Source of the DNA: a virus
Lineage: Duplodnaviria > Caudoviricetes
IMG/VR virus record: IMGVR_UViG_3300020016_000028
Location: 1 to 33,532 of that record
DNA: 33,532 nucleotides
Direction: 5' to 3' (one strand)
Part shown: positions 6,461 to 16,600 of the stretch, in pieces
Layout: each line of letters begins with the position of its first letter
How positions within the stretch are numbered: the first letter of the stretch is position 1
Position numbers and translations under genes: made by a program
The notes under the pieces: generated by a model
Seen by the model: the letters and a program-made list of their open reading frames with translations, nothing else
What the model was told of the DNA's origin: nothing
The model's database searches: none

Positions 6461-7227
6461 TAGTCGTCCTTAGGCCGGAACTTTCTGACCGAATGCCTTA
6501 GGTCGCTCCGTTCAGAAGCTTCCTCCAGCTGTACGCCCAGAATTTCCTCGGAATATGAACCCTCATCTCTAAGCACTTCGTACTCTGCCGACTGCTTGTC
6601 GTTACGAATATACACAACGTTCTGATCACCAGATCCATGACCAAACATTAGGATTCCAGTTACAGAACGATAACCAGGAATATCCTTATTATCCTGATCG
6701 ACTAGGACATCATCACCGGCATAGTACGTGAGGGTTGATTGATCGTAATCCTTCTCCTCTGCCCAGAACTCATCCCTATGTAGAATATAAGGTGCGTCCT
6801 CAGTTCGGACAGCTGCTTCCTCATCGTAATCCCAGTGATCAAATGAACTATCAAAGACGTTGTTATCCTTGATATCATCCACATAGATCATCGGTGGTCC
6901 ATCAACCCGAATATCCCTAGGATCATTCCTTGGATTAGGATCGTACCGAGTCTCCTCGATGATGGTTTCTTCTTCGATGAGTACCGTAAGTCGAGGATCG
7001 TCAATCTCTACCAAGTCATCTACGGTTGCATCAAATTCAAACTCGAGTTGATCATCATTATCAGCAGCCTCGACAATCTCAGTTACCTCCTCCTTGATTC
7101 GTGCTTGATAACCAACACGAAGACCGATGATTCCACCAGCAACGAAACCGCCAATGGAGGCAGCAACACCAACTACCGCTGGAATGAACCAAGGCTTTTC
7201 TGTAATCTCCTGAATATCCATTGCCAC
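6460..7227 (-). CDS. acidic hypothetical protein with N-terminal membrane anchor
   Basis: Hydrophobic FIPAVVGVAASIGGFVAGGIIGL then a very acidic body; start may be ATG 7221. Confidence 0.8.
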   Translation of the reverse strand: MAMDIQEITEKPWFIPAVVGVAASIGGFVAGGIIGLRVGYQARIKEEVTEIVEAADNDDQLEFEFDATVDDLVEIDDPRLTVLIEEETIIEETRYDPNPRNDPRDIRVDGPPMIYVDDIKDNNVFDSSFDHWDYDEEAAVRTEDAPYILHRDEFWAEEKDYDQSTLTYYAGDDVLVDQDNKDIPGYRSVTGILMFGHGSGDQNVVYIRNDKQSAEYEVLRDEGSYSEEILGVQLEEASERSDLRHSVRKFRPKDD

Positions 7228-7230
7228 CTC

Positions 7231-8076
7231 CTAAATCTTGTCGAAAATGACTCCGTCAACATTGAAATCGAGAAGAATGCTTCGATTATCTCCGTTCACG
7301 AAATCTCGGTTTGAAACATCGAACATACCGAAGTCGATATATCCGTCACCTTCTCCGTTGTACAACCAGCCAACAACGGCACCTTCACGTGATCGCTCGA
7401 TTCCGAGCCAATCATATACATCATTTAGAAATACGTGGCCATACGTCTCGAGACGCTGATTAGCGTAGTTCTGCTGGCACTGTACGTACAGACGGTTGTA
7501 CTCTGCATCCTTTTGCCAATTAACTGAATATTCATCAAAGAATCGTGCATAAGGGGACAGAGCATTGGTATCTCCAAGCTTGATGATCTGCTTGGTACCA
7601 TCCTCGTTCTGAATCTCTAGTTCCTTGAGATCGTACCGAACGTCAAGCTCCTTATCTTCTCCAAGCTCAGCTTTGACCCTCTCTCGATACTCATCAAACG
7701 CCTGAGTAACGATTGCAAGCGTCCCAGCAAGAGCTGAGTTACGACGAGTCATAATGACATGAGACCCTGTAAGGGACATGACAGAGGCCGTACCGAGCAG
7801 CGCTGCAGGCGCATACAGTTTTACCAGCCTAACTGAGTTCTTCCCGTAGACGTAGGCAACATCCCTACTATTATTAGTCCCTCCCTTCACATCATCAAGC
7901 TCCTCATTGAACTCATCAAGCGTCTTTTCAAGCTTCAGAGTTGCTCGAGAGGACAAATATACGGTTCCCACAAATCCAGCAATGCCTGCGGCAAAGAAGA
8001 TATGCGGAGACTCTTTCTTGAATTTGAGAACATTACGAGCAACAACCCGTGACGTTTCCTTGGAAATTAGTGACAT
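7231..8076 (-). CDS. phage hypothetical protein (DUF6353-like), paralogue of 9636-10367
   Basis: Two hydrophobic segments, YRERV..ELG, VFLNDVY..LG, VGW, LDFN pattern shared with the paralogue; family name from recall. Confidence 0.75.
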   Translation of the reverse strand: MSLISKETSRVVARNVLKFKKESPHIFFAAGIAGFVGTVYLSSRATLKLEKTLDEFNEELDDVKGGTNNSRDVAYVYGKNSVRLVKLYAPAALLGTASVMSLTGSHVIMTRRNSALAGTLAIVTQAFDEYRERVKAELGEDKELDVRYDLKELEIQNEDGTKQIIKLGDTNALSPYARFFDEYSVNWQKDAEYNRLYVQCQQNYANQRLETYGHVFLNDVYDWLGIERSREGAVVGWLYNGEGDGYIDFGMFDVSNRDFVNGDNRSILLDFNVDGVIFDKI

Positions 8077-8085
8077 TATTTCTCC

Positions 8086-8325
8086 TTAGAAGAGTAGCAT
8101 CGGTTTTGGAACATCCAGAATATAAGTATCTCCAGATTCACGAATGTTTATCCCAGCACGAGATGTCCATCCTAATTTGCTGTCTGTGTACTTCGGAGGA
8201 ATTCCGAGTAAGTCTTTAAGATCAGAAACCGCGATGTATTCGTAGTTATTAAGAATATCGTTAATTGCTTCTAGTACATCATCAGCTTCCTTTTTGGTTC
8301 GGAAAGTGATGCTATCAGTTGCCAT
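8086..8325 (-). CDS. hypothetical protein, paralogous to the C-terminal domain of 8325-8981
   Basis: EADDVLE..YEYIAVSDLKDLLG..YTDSKLGWT matches EAEDVLE..YEYVTIADLRETLG..YTDNKWGWT. Confidence 0.8.
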   Translation of the reverse strand: MATDSITFRTKKEADDVLEAINDILNNYEYIAVSDLKDLLGIPPKYTDSKLGWTSRAGINIRESGDTYILDVPKPMLLF

Positions 8326-8981
8326 TAGAGTGCCTCCGCTGGAGGAAGGTCCAACAGGTAACCTTCACGAATTTGACGAATCTCTACATCATTGAGGACG
8401 GTCCATCCCCACTTGTTATCTGTGTACTCAACCTTGAGACCTAGGGTTTCTCGTAGGTCCGCAATGGTCACGTACTCATACTTCTCGAGCGCTGCAGAGA
8501 GTTGCTCCAATACATCCTCTGCTTCACTCCTGCTCTGTAGAATGAACTCCAAGCCGCCCCTACGATTACGAGGGCGCAAAGGTTGATCTGGCACATGACC
8601 TCGTTCTCGAGCAGTTGTCTCATACACTTGCCTCCTTACTGGAGTAGCGTTATAAGTTGTTCGAGGGCCATATTCACGACCACGAGGGGTCCTATAAGAG
8701 GAGTCACCATACACAGCGCGCTCCGTACCTCGTCTGACGGTATCCACAATAAGATCACGAAGAGCAGGAAGAAGTACTTCTTCAAGGATATAGACACCAG
8801 TGGATTTGAAACCGGCCCCAAAGAATACCCCTTTCATCTTCTGACCAATCGAGGGCTTCTTCTCAACTACCGTACCAGTGACAACCTTCTCAACCTTCTT
8901 CTTTACAGTTACCTTTTCACTAACTTGCTGCTGCTCAGAAGGTTCTTCCTTACTCTTCTTACTATTACCAACATAGTCCAT
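8325..8981 (-). CDS. conserved phage hypothetical protein
   Basis: 218 aa, AGGA RBS, stop overlaps the next start. Confidence 0.8.
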   Translation of the reverse strand: MDYVGNSKKSKEEPSEQQQVSEKVTVKKKVEKVVTGTVVEKKPSIGQKMKGVFFGAGFKSTGVYILEEVLLPALRDLIVDTVRRGTERAVYGDSSYRTPRGREYGPRTTYNATPVRRQVYETTARERGHVPDQPLRPRNRRGGLEFILQSRSEAEDVLEQLSAALEKYEYVTIADLRETLGLKVEYTDNKWGWTVLNDVEIRQIREGYLLDLPPAEAL

Positions 8982-8989
8982 ATTAGTCC

Positions 8990-9451
8990 TTAAGAGGTAG
9001 GAGGCGTAGGCGGAACCGGAGGAGTCGGTCCTGATATTGCTTCTAGAATTTCCTTGTTAGATGCGCCATTCTCTTGCAGTGCAGTGATCTTGTCCAATCC
9101 TTCTGCCAACTTGTCAGGAAGAACGTCATGCACAAACTTGTTCAAGGCACCTTCATCCGTGAACAGTTCATCACACAAAGCCAAATATGCGAGAGACTTC
9201 TTGAAATCCTTCCGAATCTCATCTGACTTCTCAAAACCCATACCACCATCAAGCCTTTTACCATATGCGGTCAAGATGAGGTCGTCGGTCTTGGCAACAA
9301 TTTCAGTAAATTTCACATCATCAGGATTGGTATCAGGATCAGCACCGGTCACTTCCACGAATTCTGGCATCGTCAGATGGAACCAATGTGCTTCAGTAAT
9401 TCTCCTTGGCGGATCTTCCAAGGTTTCAAAAGTAATGCTTCGCTTAAACAC
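8990..9451 (-). CDS. hypothetical protein, possibly tail-assembly-chaperone-like
   Basis: 153 aa; LILTAYGKR..FEKS..F..S.AY pattern recalled from phage proteins often encoded beside major tail genes; Pro-rich end. Confidence 0.6.
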   Translation of the reverse strand: MFKRSITFETLEDPPRRITEAHWFHLTMPEFVEVTGADPDTNPDDVKFTEIVAKTDDLILTAYGKRLDGGMGFEKSDEIRKDFKKSLAYLALCDELFTDEGALNKFVHDVLPDKLAEGLDKITALQENGASNKEILEAISGPTPPVPPTPPTS

Positions 9452-9639
9452 TAGTCATCTTCTTTCTCTTTGGCTTCTCGGCGGGTTTCCAGGATATGGT
9501 CGTAATAGACACTGATCAATTCTTTCATGATGACGGCACCGACACCGGTCAAGATAACCTTGAATATCCGATGCTTCATTGGTAGCGCATCATCTTCATC
9601 TTCAAACATTTCAACATCAATACTCATAATACTCCTCAA
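9451..9639 (-). CDS. small hypothetical protein
   Basis: 62 aa, overlapping start/stop with both neighbours. Confidence 0.65.
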   Translation of the reverse strand: MRSIMSIDVEMFEDEDDALPMKHRIFKVILTGVGAVIMKELISVYYDHILETRREAKEKEDD

Positions 9640-10367
9640 ATAGGCTTTGTGTAATTATAAGCGAACGCCAGACAAGGTCGTCCGTCTTCACTAAGAACCG
9701 TTGAGAATTCCAGATCCATCAATTTATCAGAGTCCCAGCCAATTTCACTTGAGTGTGACGTTTGCCCAAGACCGATCATGTAATAGAAATCACTCAACGT
9801 AGAATATAGATTATTCACCACATGTGCATTAATCTCATTTTGAGACCGTAAGAGTTCTTCCATACTGCTCATGAAATATCGTCTGGTAAGAAGCTCACAA
9901 CACAATACTGTACCGTTACCAACGATTACTGTCTGACCAGGTGGGTTGTTTACAACTATATCTTGAGCAATCTGATCCCTTACGTTCTGCTCTTTGCGTG
10001 CACCAACTTGATCGATTACTTTCTCACGATAGTTAGCGAAGGCTTGTTCTGCGACCGTGTACGCCGTGACTGCAGCCGCAGTACGCTTATTGCTAATACG
10101 GTCACTCCCAATGACGCTAGCAATAGTCGCCACTCCTGTAGCCGTGGCTGGTATGTATCGGGTCCAGACAAGTTCTGCCTTCTCCTTGAACGTTTCGGGC
10201 GGTGGATCTGCTTCTTGAATATCTTTTGCTGCTTCAAACGAAGCCTTGGCAGCCAGAACGGCTGTCCCAACAGTTCCTGCAATGGCTACCACTGACAGGA
10301 TCGTTGATGAATTAGCTCGAATCAATTTATTGGTTTGATTGACAAACCCCATTACATTGAATTTCAA
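9636..10367 (-). CDS. phage hypothetical protein (DUF6353-like)
   Basis: Start moved to TTG 10367 after AGGGAG; ILSVVAIAGTVGTAVLA, YREKV, LSDFY..IGL..IGW; paralogue of 7231-8076. Confidence 0.75.
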   Translation of the reverse strand: MKFNVMGFVNQTNKLIRANSSTILSVVAIAGTVGTAVLAAKASFEAAKDIQEADPPPETFKEKAELVWTRYIPATATGVATIASVIGSDRISNKRTAAAVTAYTVAEQAFANYREKVIDQVGARKEQNVRDQIAQDIVVNNPPGQTVIVGNGTVLCCELLTRRYFMSSMEELLRSQNEINAHVVNNLYSTLSDFYYMIGLGQTSHSSEIGWDSDKLMDLEFSTVLSEDGRPCLAFAYNYTKPI

Positions 10368-10498
10368 TTCTTCAACTCCCTTATAAGCACCCAGATGAGC
10401 CAGAAACCACAGGTGATACATGTCATCACACAATCACCAATGAAATTAGAAATACCGTAACCACGGCCTTGCTTGACAGCAACAACTTTGTAGCTCAA
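10364..10498 (-). CDS. small membrane protein (44 aa, MSYKVV...MTCITCGFWLIWVLIRELKN)
   Basis: Hand translation; TTG start after GAGGAG; 4-bp overlaps on both sides. Confidence 0.7.
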   Translation of the reverse strand: MSYKVVAVKQGRGYGISNFIGDCVMTCITCGFWLIWVLIRELKN

Positions 10499-10668
10499 CG
10501 TCGGCTCCTCACTCGATAGTTCACCTGCTTTGCATATGCACGGCGTCCTTGCGCTTGGCTGAGAACGTCAATTGCTTTAACTGCCAACCCAAAAGCAGCA
10601 ATCGCTGTAAAGGCGACCTGCCCGGGATTTTCTTCCAATTGCTTCTGAATCCAATCACGCCATTTCAT
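10495..10668 (-). CDS. small hypothetical protein (57 aa, MKWRDWIQKQLEENP...)
   Basis: Hand translation; GGAGG RBS; ATGA overlap with the upstream gene; central hydrophobic stretch, basic C-terminus. Confidence 0.7.
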   Translation of the reverse strand: MKWRDWIQKQLEENPGQVAFTAIAAFGLAVKAIDVLSQAQGRRAYAKQVNYRVRSRR

Positions 10669-10916
10669 GACTTGCCTCCAAATTGTGAAATAAGAATTGT
10701 ACGAGCTGCATCGAGAATCACATATCCAAAGACAATCGTCCCGACACTTCTAGCAGTTGTCTTCACAACTTCCTTGACGGCATCTTGTGTGAATACCGCT
10801 TTATCAGTAAAGTCTGGATTTGTAGTTGGCCTTGCATATCCAGGCGCTGTATATGTAGTACGAGGCTTCTCCTGATTTGGATCTACCCACGTCAACTGAA
10901 TTGCTCGCTTTGGCAT
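10665..10916 (-). CDS. hypothetical protein, first gene of the early/replication block
   Basis: 83 aa, GAAAGGA RBS. Confidence 0.75.
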   Translation of the reverse strand: MPKRAIQLTWVDPNQEKPRTTYTAPGYARPTTNPDFTDKAVFTQDAVKEVVKTTARSVGTIVFGYVILDAARTILISQFGGKS

Positions 10917-10934
10917 TAGGTTCCTTTCGGTTGG

Positions 10935-11000
10935 AAAAAATATAAAAGAGGTTGGCCGTTTCTGTTTCCAGTGTCGCCAGACATTTCAGTCTCCTCTCAT
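10935..11000 (-). other. ~55-nt branched hairpin followed by a U-rich run (small RNA or terminator/attenuator)
   Basis: AGAGG/CCUCU outer stem, inner AGAC/GUCU and CUG-GAAA-CAG hairpins, then UUUAUAUUUUUU. Confidence 0.5.
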
Positions 11001-11022
11001 TATGATGCCTGTATTTTCTGCG
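10997..11022 (-). promoter_or_regulatory. repeated promoter-like motif, copy 2 (CGCAGAAAATACAGGCATCATAATGA)
   Basis: 24/26 identical to copy 1; sits at the head of the early gene block. Confidence 0.75.
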
Positions 11023-11095
11023 ACGCTTTTTCAGAAATCTTTCCCCGGGGATTTTTGGGGATTCAAAAAAGAAGTCCAAACGTAAAAAATGCGAA

Positions 11096-11143
11096 AAGCT
11101 GTAGGAGCTGTACAAGATCTCTCTCATACAGCCCCCACGGCTT
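11096..11143 (-). terminator. intrinsic terminator ending the late/structural transcript
   Basis: 17-bp stem AAGCCGUGGGGGCUGUA/UACAGCUCCUACAGCUU (2 G-U pairs, 1 mismatch) followed by UUCGCAUUUUUU. Confidence 0.75.
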
Positions 11144-11154
11144 ATCTTCCTTCC

Positions 11155-11454
11155 TCAGCGGATGTAGTTTGATGGCTTGATCACTTCTCTCAAACCCTTC
11201 TGGCTCAACACCTCGGTCTTCTCACACACCACGATGACCACGATCCCCAGGAGGTTACCCGCCACCAGCAACACCGTGTTGCGGTCGAATCGCTTGGGCT
11301 TGTTATCAGCCTTCAGCTTCCTCAATCGCTCCAGATGGTGCAATAGCGTCGTGTATTCCTGTGAATCCGGGTCATGCGCAAGCATATCAGCTTCCACATT
11401 GTTGATGAGCTCGTCTAGGGGCTTGCGATGACGGGTCATCACTGCCTTCCACAT
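11155..11454 (-). CDS. hypothetical membrane-associated protein
   Basis: 99 aa, GAAAGTGAGG RBS, one hydrophobic segment VLLVAGNLLGIVVIVV. Confidence 0.8.
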   Translation of the reverse strand: MWKAVMTRHRKPLDELINNVEADMLAHDPDSQEYTTLLHHLERLRKLKADNKPKRFDRNTVLLVAGNLLGIVVIVVCEKTEVLSQKGLREVIKPSNYIR

Positions 11455-11476
11455 ACTGCCTCACTTTCAGTCGGTT

Positions 11477-11502
11477 TCATTACAATATGTGTTTTTACTG
11501 CG
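11477..11502 (-). promoter_or_regulatory. repeated promoter-like motif, copy 3 (CGCAGTAAAAACACATATTGTAATGA)
   Basis: 19/26 identical to copy 2, with the same CGCAG, AAA-ACA and TAATGA spacing; directly upstream of 11155-11454. Confidence 0.65.
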
Positions 11503-11746
11503 ATGTAGGAGGCTTTGGCATGGGAGGCTTGGGTGGTGGTTCGTCATGAACAACCTCGAATTTAATTATCTTCTGCTTATCTATGTAATATGGATCGAGG
11601 TCCAAATCGAGAATAAACTTCTTTGTTCCGTGTTCATCCTCTGTAATGATCAATTGTCCGTCAACTGATTTACCAATTGTCCATAAAATAAGAAAACCAA
11701 CGAAAACACCAATACAGAAGAGAATTATAGAAAATATGATGTTCAT
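11495..11746 (-). CDS. small protein with N-terminal TM helix
   Basis: 83 aa, hydrophobic first 23 aa, Pro-rich tail, ATGA overlap. Confidence 0.75.
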   Translation of the reverse strand: MNIIFSIILFCIGVFVGFLILWTIGKSVDGQLIITEDEHGTKKFILDLDLDPYYIDKQKIIKFEVVHDEPPPKPPMPKPPTSQ

Positions 11747-12843
11747 GATACCTCAGGCCAAGTAGAAAGGGTCGGATATTGACTAGAACCGTCTTTATCG
11801 AAAATTTCGACATATTCTGTAACTCGCATGGACGCAGACTCATTAAATAAGCCATCAATCAGCACAATATCGCCAACATTGAAGTGTTTTCGGTATACAT
11901 ACTTTTTAGAGTTCTTAGCTGCCTGTGCTTTTGACAAAGAAATCTGATTCATGGACTTTAGTACTGCATATCCACGATTAGTTAGATTATTCTCAATTTG
12001 CCATCTTACTGTCTGATCTGGCGGGTCTTTGATGTGCTCATCGATATCTGATGCATCAATAATAGTAACTCTACGGCTGTATCCAGCACCAGCCTTCACC
12101 ATTACTTGGGACCAATTACTAGTTACCAATATTGAGTTTTTACTGCTCTTATTACTCCATAAGTAATCGGCATTTGTTATATCACCAGCATCGAAAGAAA
12201 AGACGACTTGATTTCTTCTATCTACACCATCATGAATAAAAATCCATGTTACAGCACTACCGCCGGTTGGCCTCGAAGTTGATATGCCAATATTGTCTTC
12301 TGCTAGAATATCAATCACTGCGTCATATACCGTTCCAAATGGAACTTCTCTAGCGACAGATGCCCCTGTACTATTATTTACTGTAGCCATGGGATAGACA
12401 TTTTTTAAAACATCAGCTGGATCAACAACTTGCCCTGTTTCAATATGCAAACTAATAAGCGTTTCTGCTTGCCGCCAGCTTGTATTAGCTGCAAGGACAA
12501 CGTTTGTTGGTTCACCAGCCGGGAAAGTTTTATTAGCACCGACAATTCTTTGTTCCAAAATCGTTTCAAAACTTCTTCCAGTAATGGTGACTTCAAGATC
12601 GTCGGTTTTTTGATCACTTATTTCATGATTCTCAACGACCATTACTTCTGGCGTTTTTATGTGAGAAATGAATGTACCAATTGGAAGAGCATCTCTAATT
12701 CCGGAACTTACATTCGCTGTAATAGTAAATTCCCCCGCTTCTCTGTATCGTTCAATCCACATTACGGTTTTAATACCATGGACCAATTCACCGTTGCGTA
12801 AATCGATATCATTAGTGATGGGAGCAAATTTGAAAATATCCAT
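11743..12843 (-). CDS. minor tail protein (siphovirus baseplate / ReqiPepy6 Gp37-like)
   Basis: WIERY..GEF, ITGRSFE, F.VGDIV, RVTEYVE motifs; second gene after the tape measure; start moved to ATG 12843. Confidence 0.75.
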   Translation of the reverse strand: MDIFKFAPITNDIDLRNGELVHGIKTVMWIERYREAGEFTITANVSSGIRDALPIGTFISHIKTPEVMVVENHEISDQKTDDLEVTITGRSFETILEQRIVGANKTFPAGEPTNVVLAANTSWRQAETLISLHIETGQVVDPADVLKNVYPMATVNNSTGASVAREVPFGTVYDAVIDILAEDNIGISTSRPTGGSAVTWIFIHDGVDRRNQVVFSFDAGDITNADYLWSNKSSKNSILVTSNWSQVMVKAGAGYSRRVTIIDASDIDEHIKDPPDQTVRWQIENNLTNRGYAVLKSMNQISLSKAQAAKNSKKYVYRKHFNVGDIVLIDGLFNESASMRVTEYVEIFDKDGSSQYPTLSTWPEVS

Positions 12844-13676
12844 TAGATCCCCCAGTATGTCGGGTAATATCTGATGTAGTTCCATTGTATTACACTAGTA
12901 TGCATAAATTTATTCGTACCTGGAAACAGAATTGGCCATATAGATGCCTTGTCAATCCTATCCACAAGGAAGGTGTCAGTAGCACCTCGAGTCATCTTCA
13001 ATTGCTTATGACCAGATTCACTTGAGAATGTCAACACATCACCTATTAGAAAATTTGAACTTGGCTTAACCAGAAATTCCCAATCCAAATCCGGAGCTCT
13101 AATAGAAAAATTTGCAGAAGTTGCAGTGAATGTTGCTTGGAATTCAAATCCATGCGGTGCCGTTGAATCTTTGATTTCAAATATACTGTTATCCATATTA
13201 GATCGACCATGCAACAGGATTTGAGTTGGACCCTTTAACATAGGATCTTCACATCTAAGCGTTAGTTGAATTTCAGGTAGATCCGTGAAGTGTGCGTATT
13301 CAAGTTTGGTAACAAATGCACTGAGACGAGCCTTCTCTTCTTCCCCATTATAAAATTTCAAAGTAATAAGGCCGGTTCTAGAAGCAGAGACCGCTTTGTA
13401 AATGTCATCCCTAAGGTCTGAATACGACTTATCGTCTTCACCGTAATTAGGATTCAAGAGAATGCTTATGACGATCTCCCGAGATGGTATGGAAAAATCA
13501 AAGAACATTCCATCATTATTTACAGATTGTCCATAAAATCTCGGGACGATCTCGTCAGCATCCAATCCAACAATCTCTCTTACAACATACGGATTGAGAG
13601 CCTTTGGATCTCTGAAACTCAGTTGAGCAACTAGAACGTCGTTTGATGAATATAGACCAATGCTAGTTACTCTCAT
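12843..13676 (-). CDS. minor tail protein (distal tail protein-like)
   Basis: Immediately after the tape measure; C.DP and W..L.PG.N motifs typical of Dit-like proteins. Confidence 0.72.
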   Translation of the reverse strand: MRVTSIGLYSSNDVLVAQLSFRDPKALNPYVVREIVGLDADEIVPRFYGQSVNNDGMFFDFSIPSREIVISILLNPNYGEDDKSYSDLRDDIYKAVSASRTGLITLKFYNGEEEKARLSAFVTKLEYAHFTDLPEIQLTLRCEDPMLKGPTQILLHGRSNMDNSIFEIKDSTAPHGFEFQATFTATSANFSIRAPDLDWEFLVKPSSNFLIGDVLTFSSESGHKQLKMTRGATDTFLVDRIDKASIWPILFPGTNKFMHTSVIQWNYIRYYPTYWGI

Positions 13677-16600
13677 GGTATGTTCAACTCCTTCTTTGCC
13701 AGAACAATCTGACTTCTCGTAAGACGATAAATATCATTCGTAGACAGAGCATTTGGTGAATAGTTATTCTGCTCGAAGTTGACCACCGTTGGAGCAGTTG
13801 ACGTAGCGGATGTTTCTGTTGGTGCTCGGTCGTTGGTATGGGCAATAGCATTAGCCTGTTGGAATGAGACACTGGCAATGGGTGATGTCAAGGACATATC
13901 ATTCAATGCCTTTGCGTCCTGCATTACCTGAGTTAGATCCAACACTGGTGTGATGGTTGGATTAAACTCATCCATATCCTGCATAGCAAGAGCGGCTTTC
14001 TTCATTGCATCATTAAACGCTCTAGTTGTATTGCTAGCTAGAACTTTAGCACCCGCTTCTGCTGGAGCAGTTTCCTGGAGACCAACACCAAGACCCTGTA
14101 CCATGTAGATACCGATCTTCATGTATTCCTTGGATGGTGATTTAGCGCCAACAGCTTCCTTACCCCAGTCAACAACCTTACCAAAGAAACCGAAGACAGC
14201 GTCTTTAAGTCCACCAAGAATTTCACTAAGACCAAACGCCTTAACGACACCGTCTATAAGTGCTCTAACCAGATTCTTTGCTGAAGTGTTAATCTTTTCT
14301 GAATTGTCACGAACAGCTCTAGCTAGAGCATCTAGGAATCCAGTAAGAACAGCTAGCACTTCATTGACCAAGCTGACAAAGGAATTGGCTGCAGCTGATA
14401 GAATAGCCACAATCATATTCTTAGCGCCTGTCATGATTTCTGTAGTGTGTGCTGTTATTTCAGCAAATAGCTTTAGAATAAAGTCTTTGGCGCCTTGTGC
14501 AAACGTAGAAGTAAGCTTGAACATTTCAGAGAATATAGTATCAAGAAGCTTCTGCACATGCGGCGTAATCAACTTGATGTCATTATTAAGTCCTTCAAGG
14601 AACTTGATGAGAGCTGCCGTACCAGCGTCAAGAATAATCTTTGCATTATTTCCAAGTTCAAGAATAAGCGTAGCGACCATTGCTGTAACTGCATCTGCAA
14701 TTCTAACAATATCGCCAGTCAAAGCACCAAGGAATACAATCAACGCGTCCGTACCCGCTTTGGCAATTCGAATAGCTTCTCCAGTAATTGCCGTAATGAA
14801 TATTGTGATCATGGTGCCAACGGCTTGGATGATTTGAACAGCACTATTGGTAATTCCAGCCAACAGCTGAATAAGCATGTCCGTTCCGGCAGCAATAAGC
14901 AAGTTTACATTATCAACAACACCCTGAATGAATGCCAGTAGAATCTTAAGGCCGGCAGCCACAAACATGGGAATGTTCTCAATAATGATGTCAACAAGAT
15001 TCTGAAGAAGCTCTAGGAATACAGTAACAATGTTGGTTACGTTATCTCGAATTCCTTCGGCCATAGCCAAGACAAGCTCAACTACGGTATCTACGATTTC
15101 AGGGAAGATCTCCCTAATGCCTCTAAGTAGTTCCGTTAGAAGCATGACAATAAGGTCTACAAGCTTCGGGATATACTCATGGAGCAAATCGAGCAATCCA
15201 TCGAGAAGACTTCCAATAACCTTTAGAAGGTCGGGTACCATACTTACCATTGATCCAACTGAATCAGTAAACGCCTTGGCAAGTCTAGATACAAATCCTG
15301 GAATTGCTTCAATGATGGAGTTAATGGCATTGATGATGTTCTTAATGCCTTCTTCACTAAGCTCAGCAAGTATTGCAAAGGCTTGTGCCATCAAATATAC
15401 AGCACCTGCTAGCAATGCCGCGCTTAGGGCAAAGGCCATGATGCCAAGACCCAGTGTAATGAGTGCACCACCAACCAACTCCATAGCGGGCACCGCGGCT
15501 GCAGCAAAGAGTGATGCTACAGCTAGGGATTCAATTACCACTATAATGCCAAGAACTCCGACGAGAATTCCTTCAAGACCGAGCTCTGACATCATCTTGA
15601 TAACAAAGGTCAATGCCAACAAAGAAGCTGCCATTAGAGCAATTGCTTGTGCACCAACCATTGCACCGGTCATTGAATTTGCAGCCAATTGAATACCATA
15701 AAGAGCAATAGCTAGACCACCAAGGCCCTTAATGAGCTCCCACAGATCCATGTCACCCATTCGTCTAACTGCATCCACAATAACTTCCAAAGACACAGCA
15801 ACCAAGAGAAGACCAAGAGCCAATTCTTTCAGATCCTTAGGCATTGCATTCATGGCTTTAACTAGAATAAGAAGCGACAGGCCAACGCCAGCAAACCCCT
15901 TAGCTAGAACATCAAGGTCCATAGTACCAAAGCGCTCAACAGCACCTGCCATTTTGCCCATAGCAAAGGAGAGCAGAAGCATAGCCCCACCCTTCTTAAG
16001 CACTTCCTCTTCTGGTATGAACTTCAATGCAAGAGTCATCATACCTAGAGCAGCACCTACGGAAATAAGACCTTGTGCTAATGTTGGTATGTCCAAGATG
16101 GTAAATGCGCCCATGGCCCAGGCTAGTGCTCGTACTCCAAGAGCCATTACAATCATGGCCAGGCCCGCTTTAAGCATGGGCTTTTCTTCACCAGAAATAA
16201 GATGAGTAGTTGCAATGAGCGCACCGATAAGAACCGCCATTCCGCCAAGACCAACGAGAAGCTCTTCCCATGGAACTTGAGACATTTTGACAACGGCGGA
16301 TGTAAGAATAGCCATAGCAAGTGCTAGAAGAATAAGGCCGGCAGAAAGCAAGAATAGTTTCTTACCACTGCTTGACATCTTGTCTAGGGCAAGCATAACT
16401 GCAGACAACTCACCAAAGCCGACTGCCATGGCAGTAAGTGATATAGCAAGATCTGCAATATCGACAAAGGTCAATGCAATCATGGCAATAACCAGTACTG
16501 CTATAGCTTGGGCAATCTTCATCAAAGCTTGCGCCTTGATCTGTTGCTGCATTGACTTTAGCGTCCCTGTAAGTTGATCAAATGTTCCCTTGATGGAATC

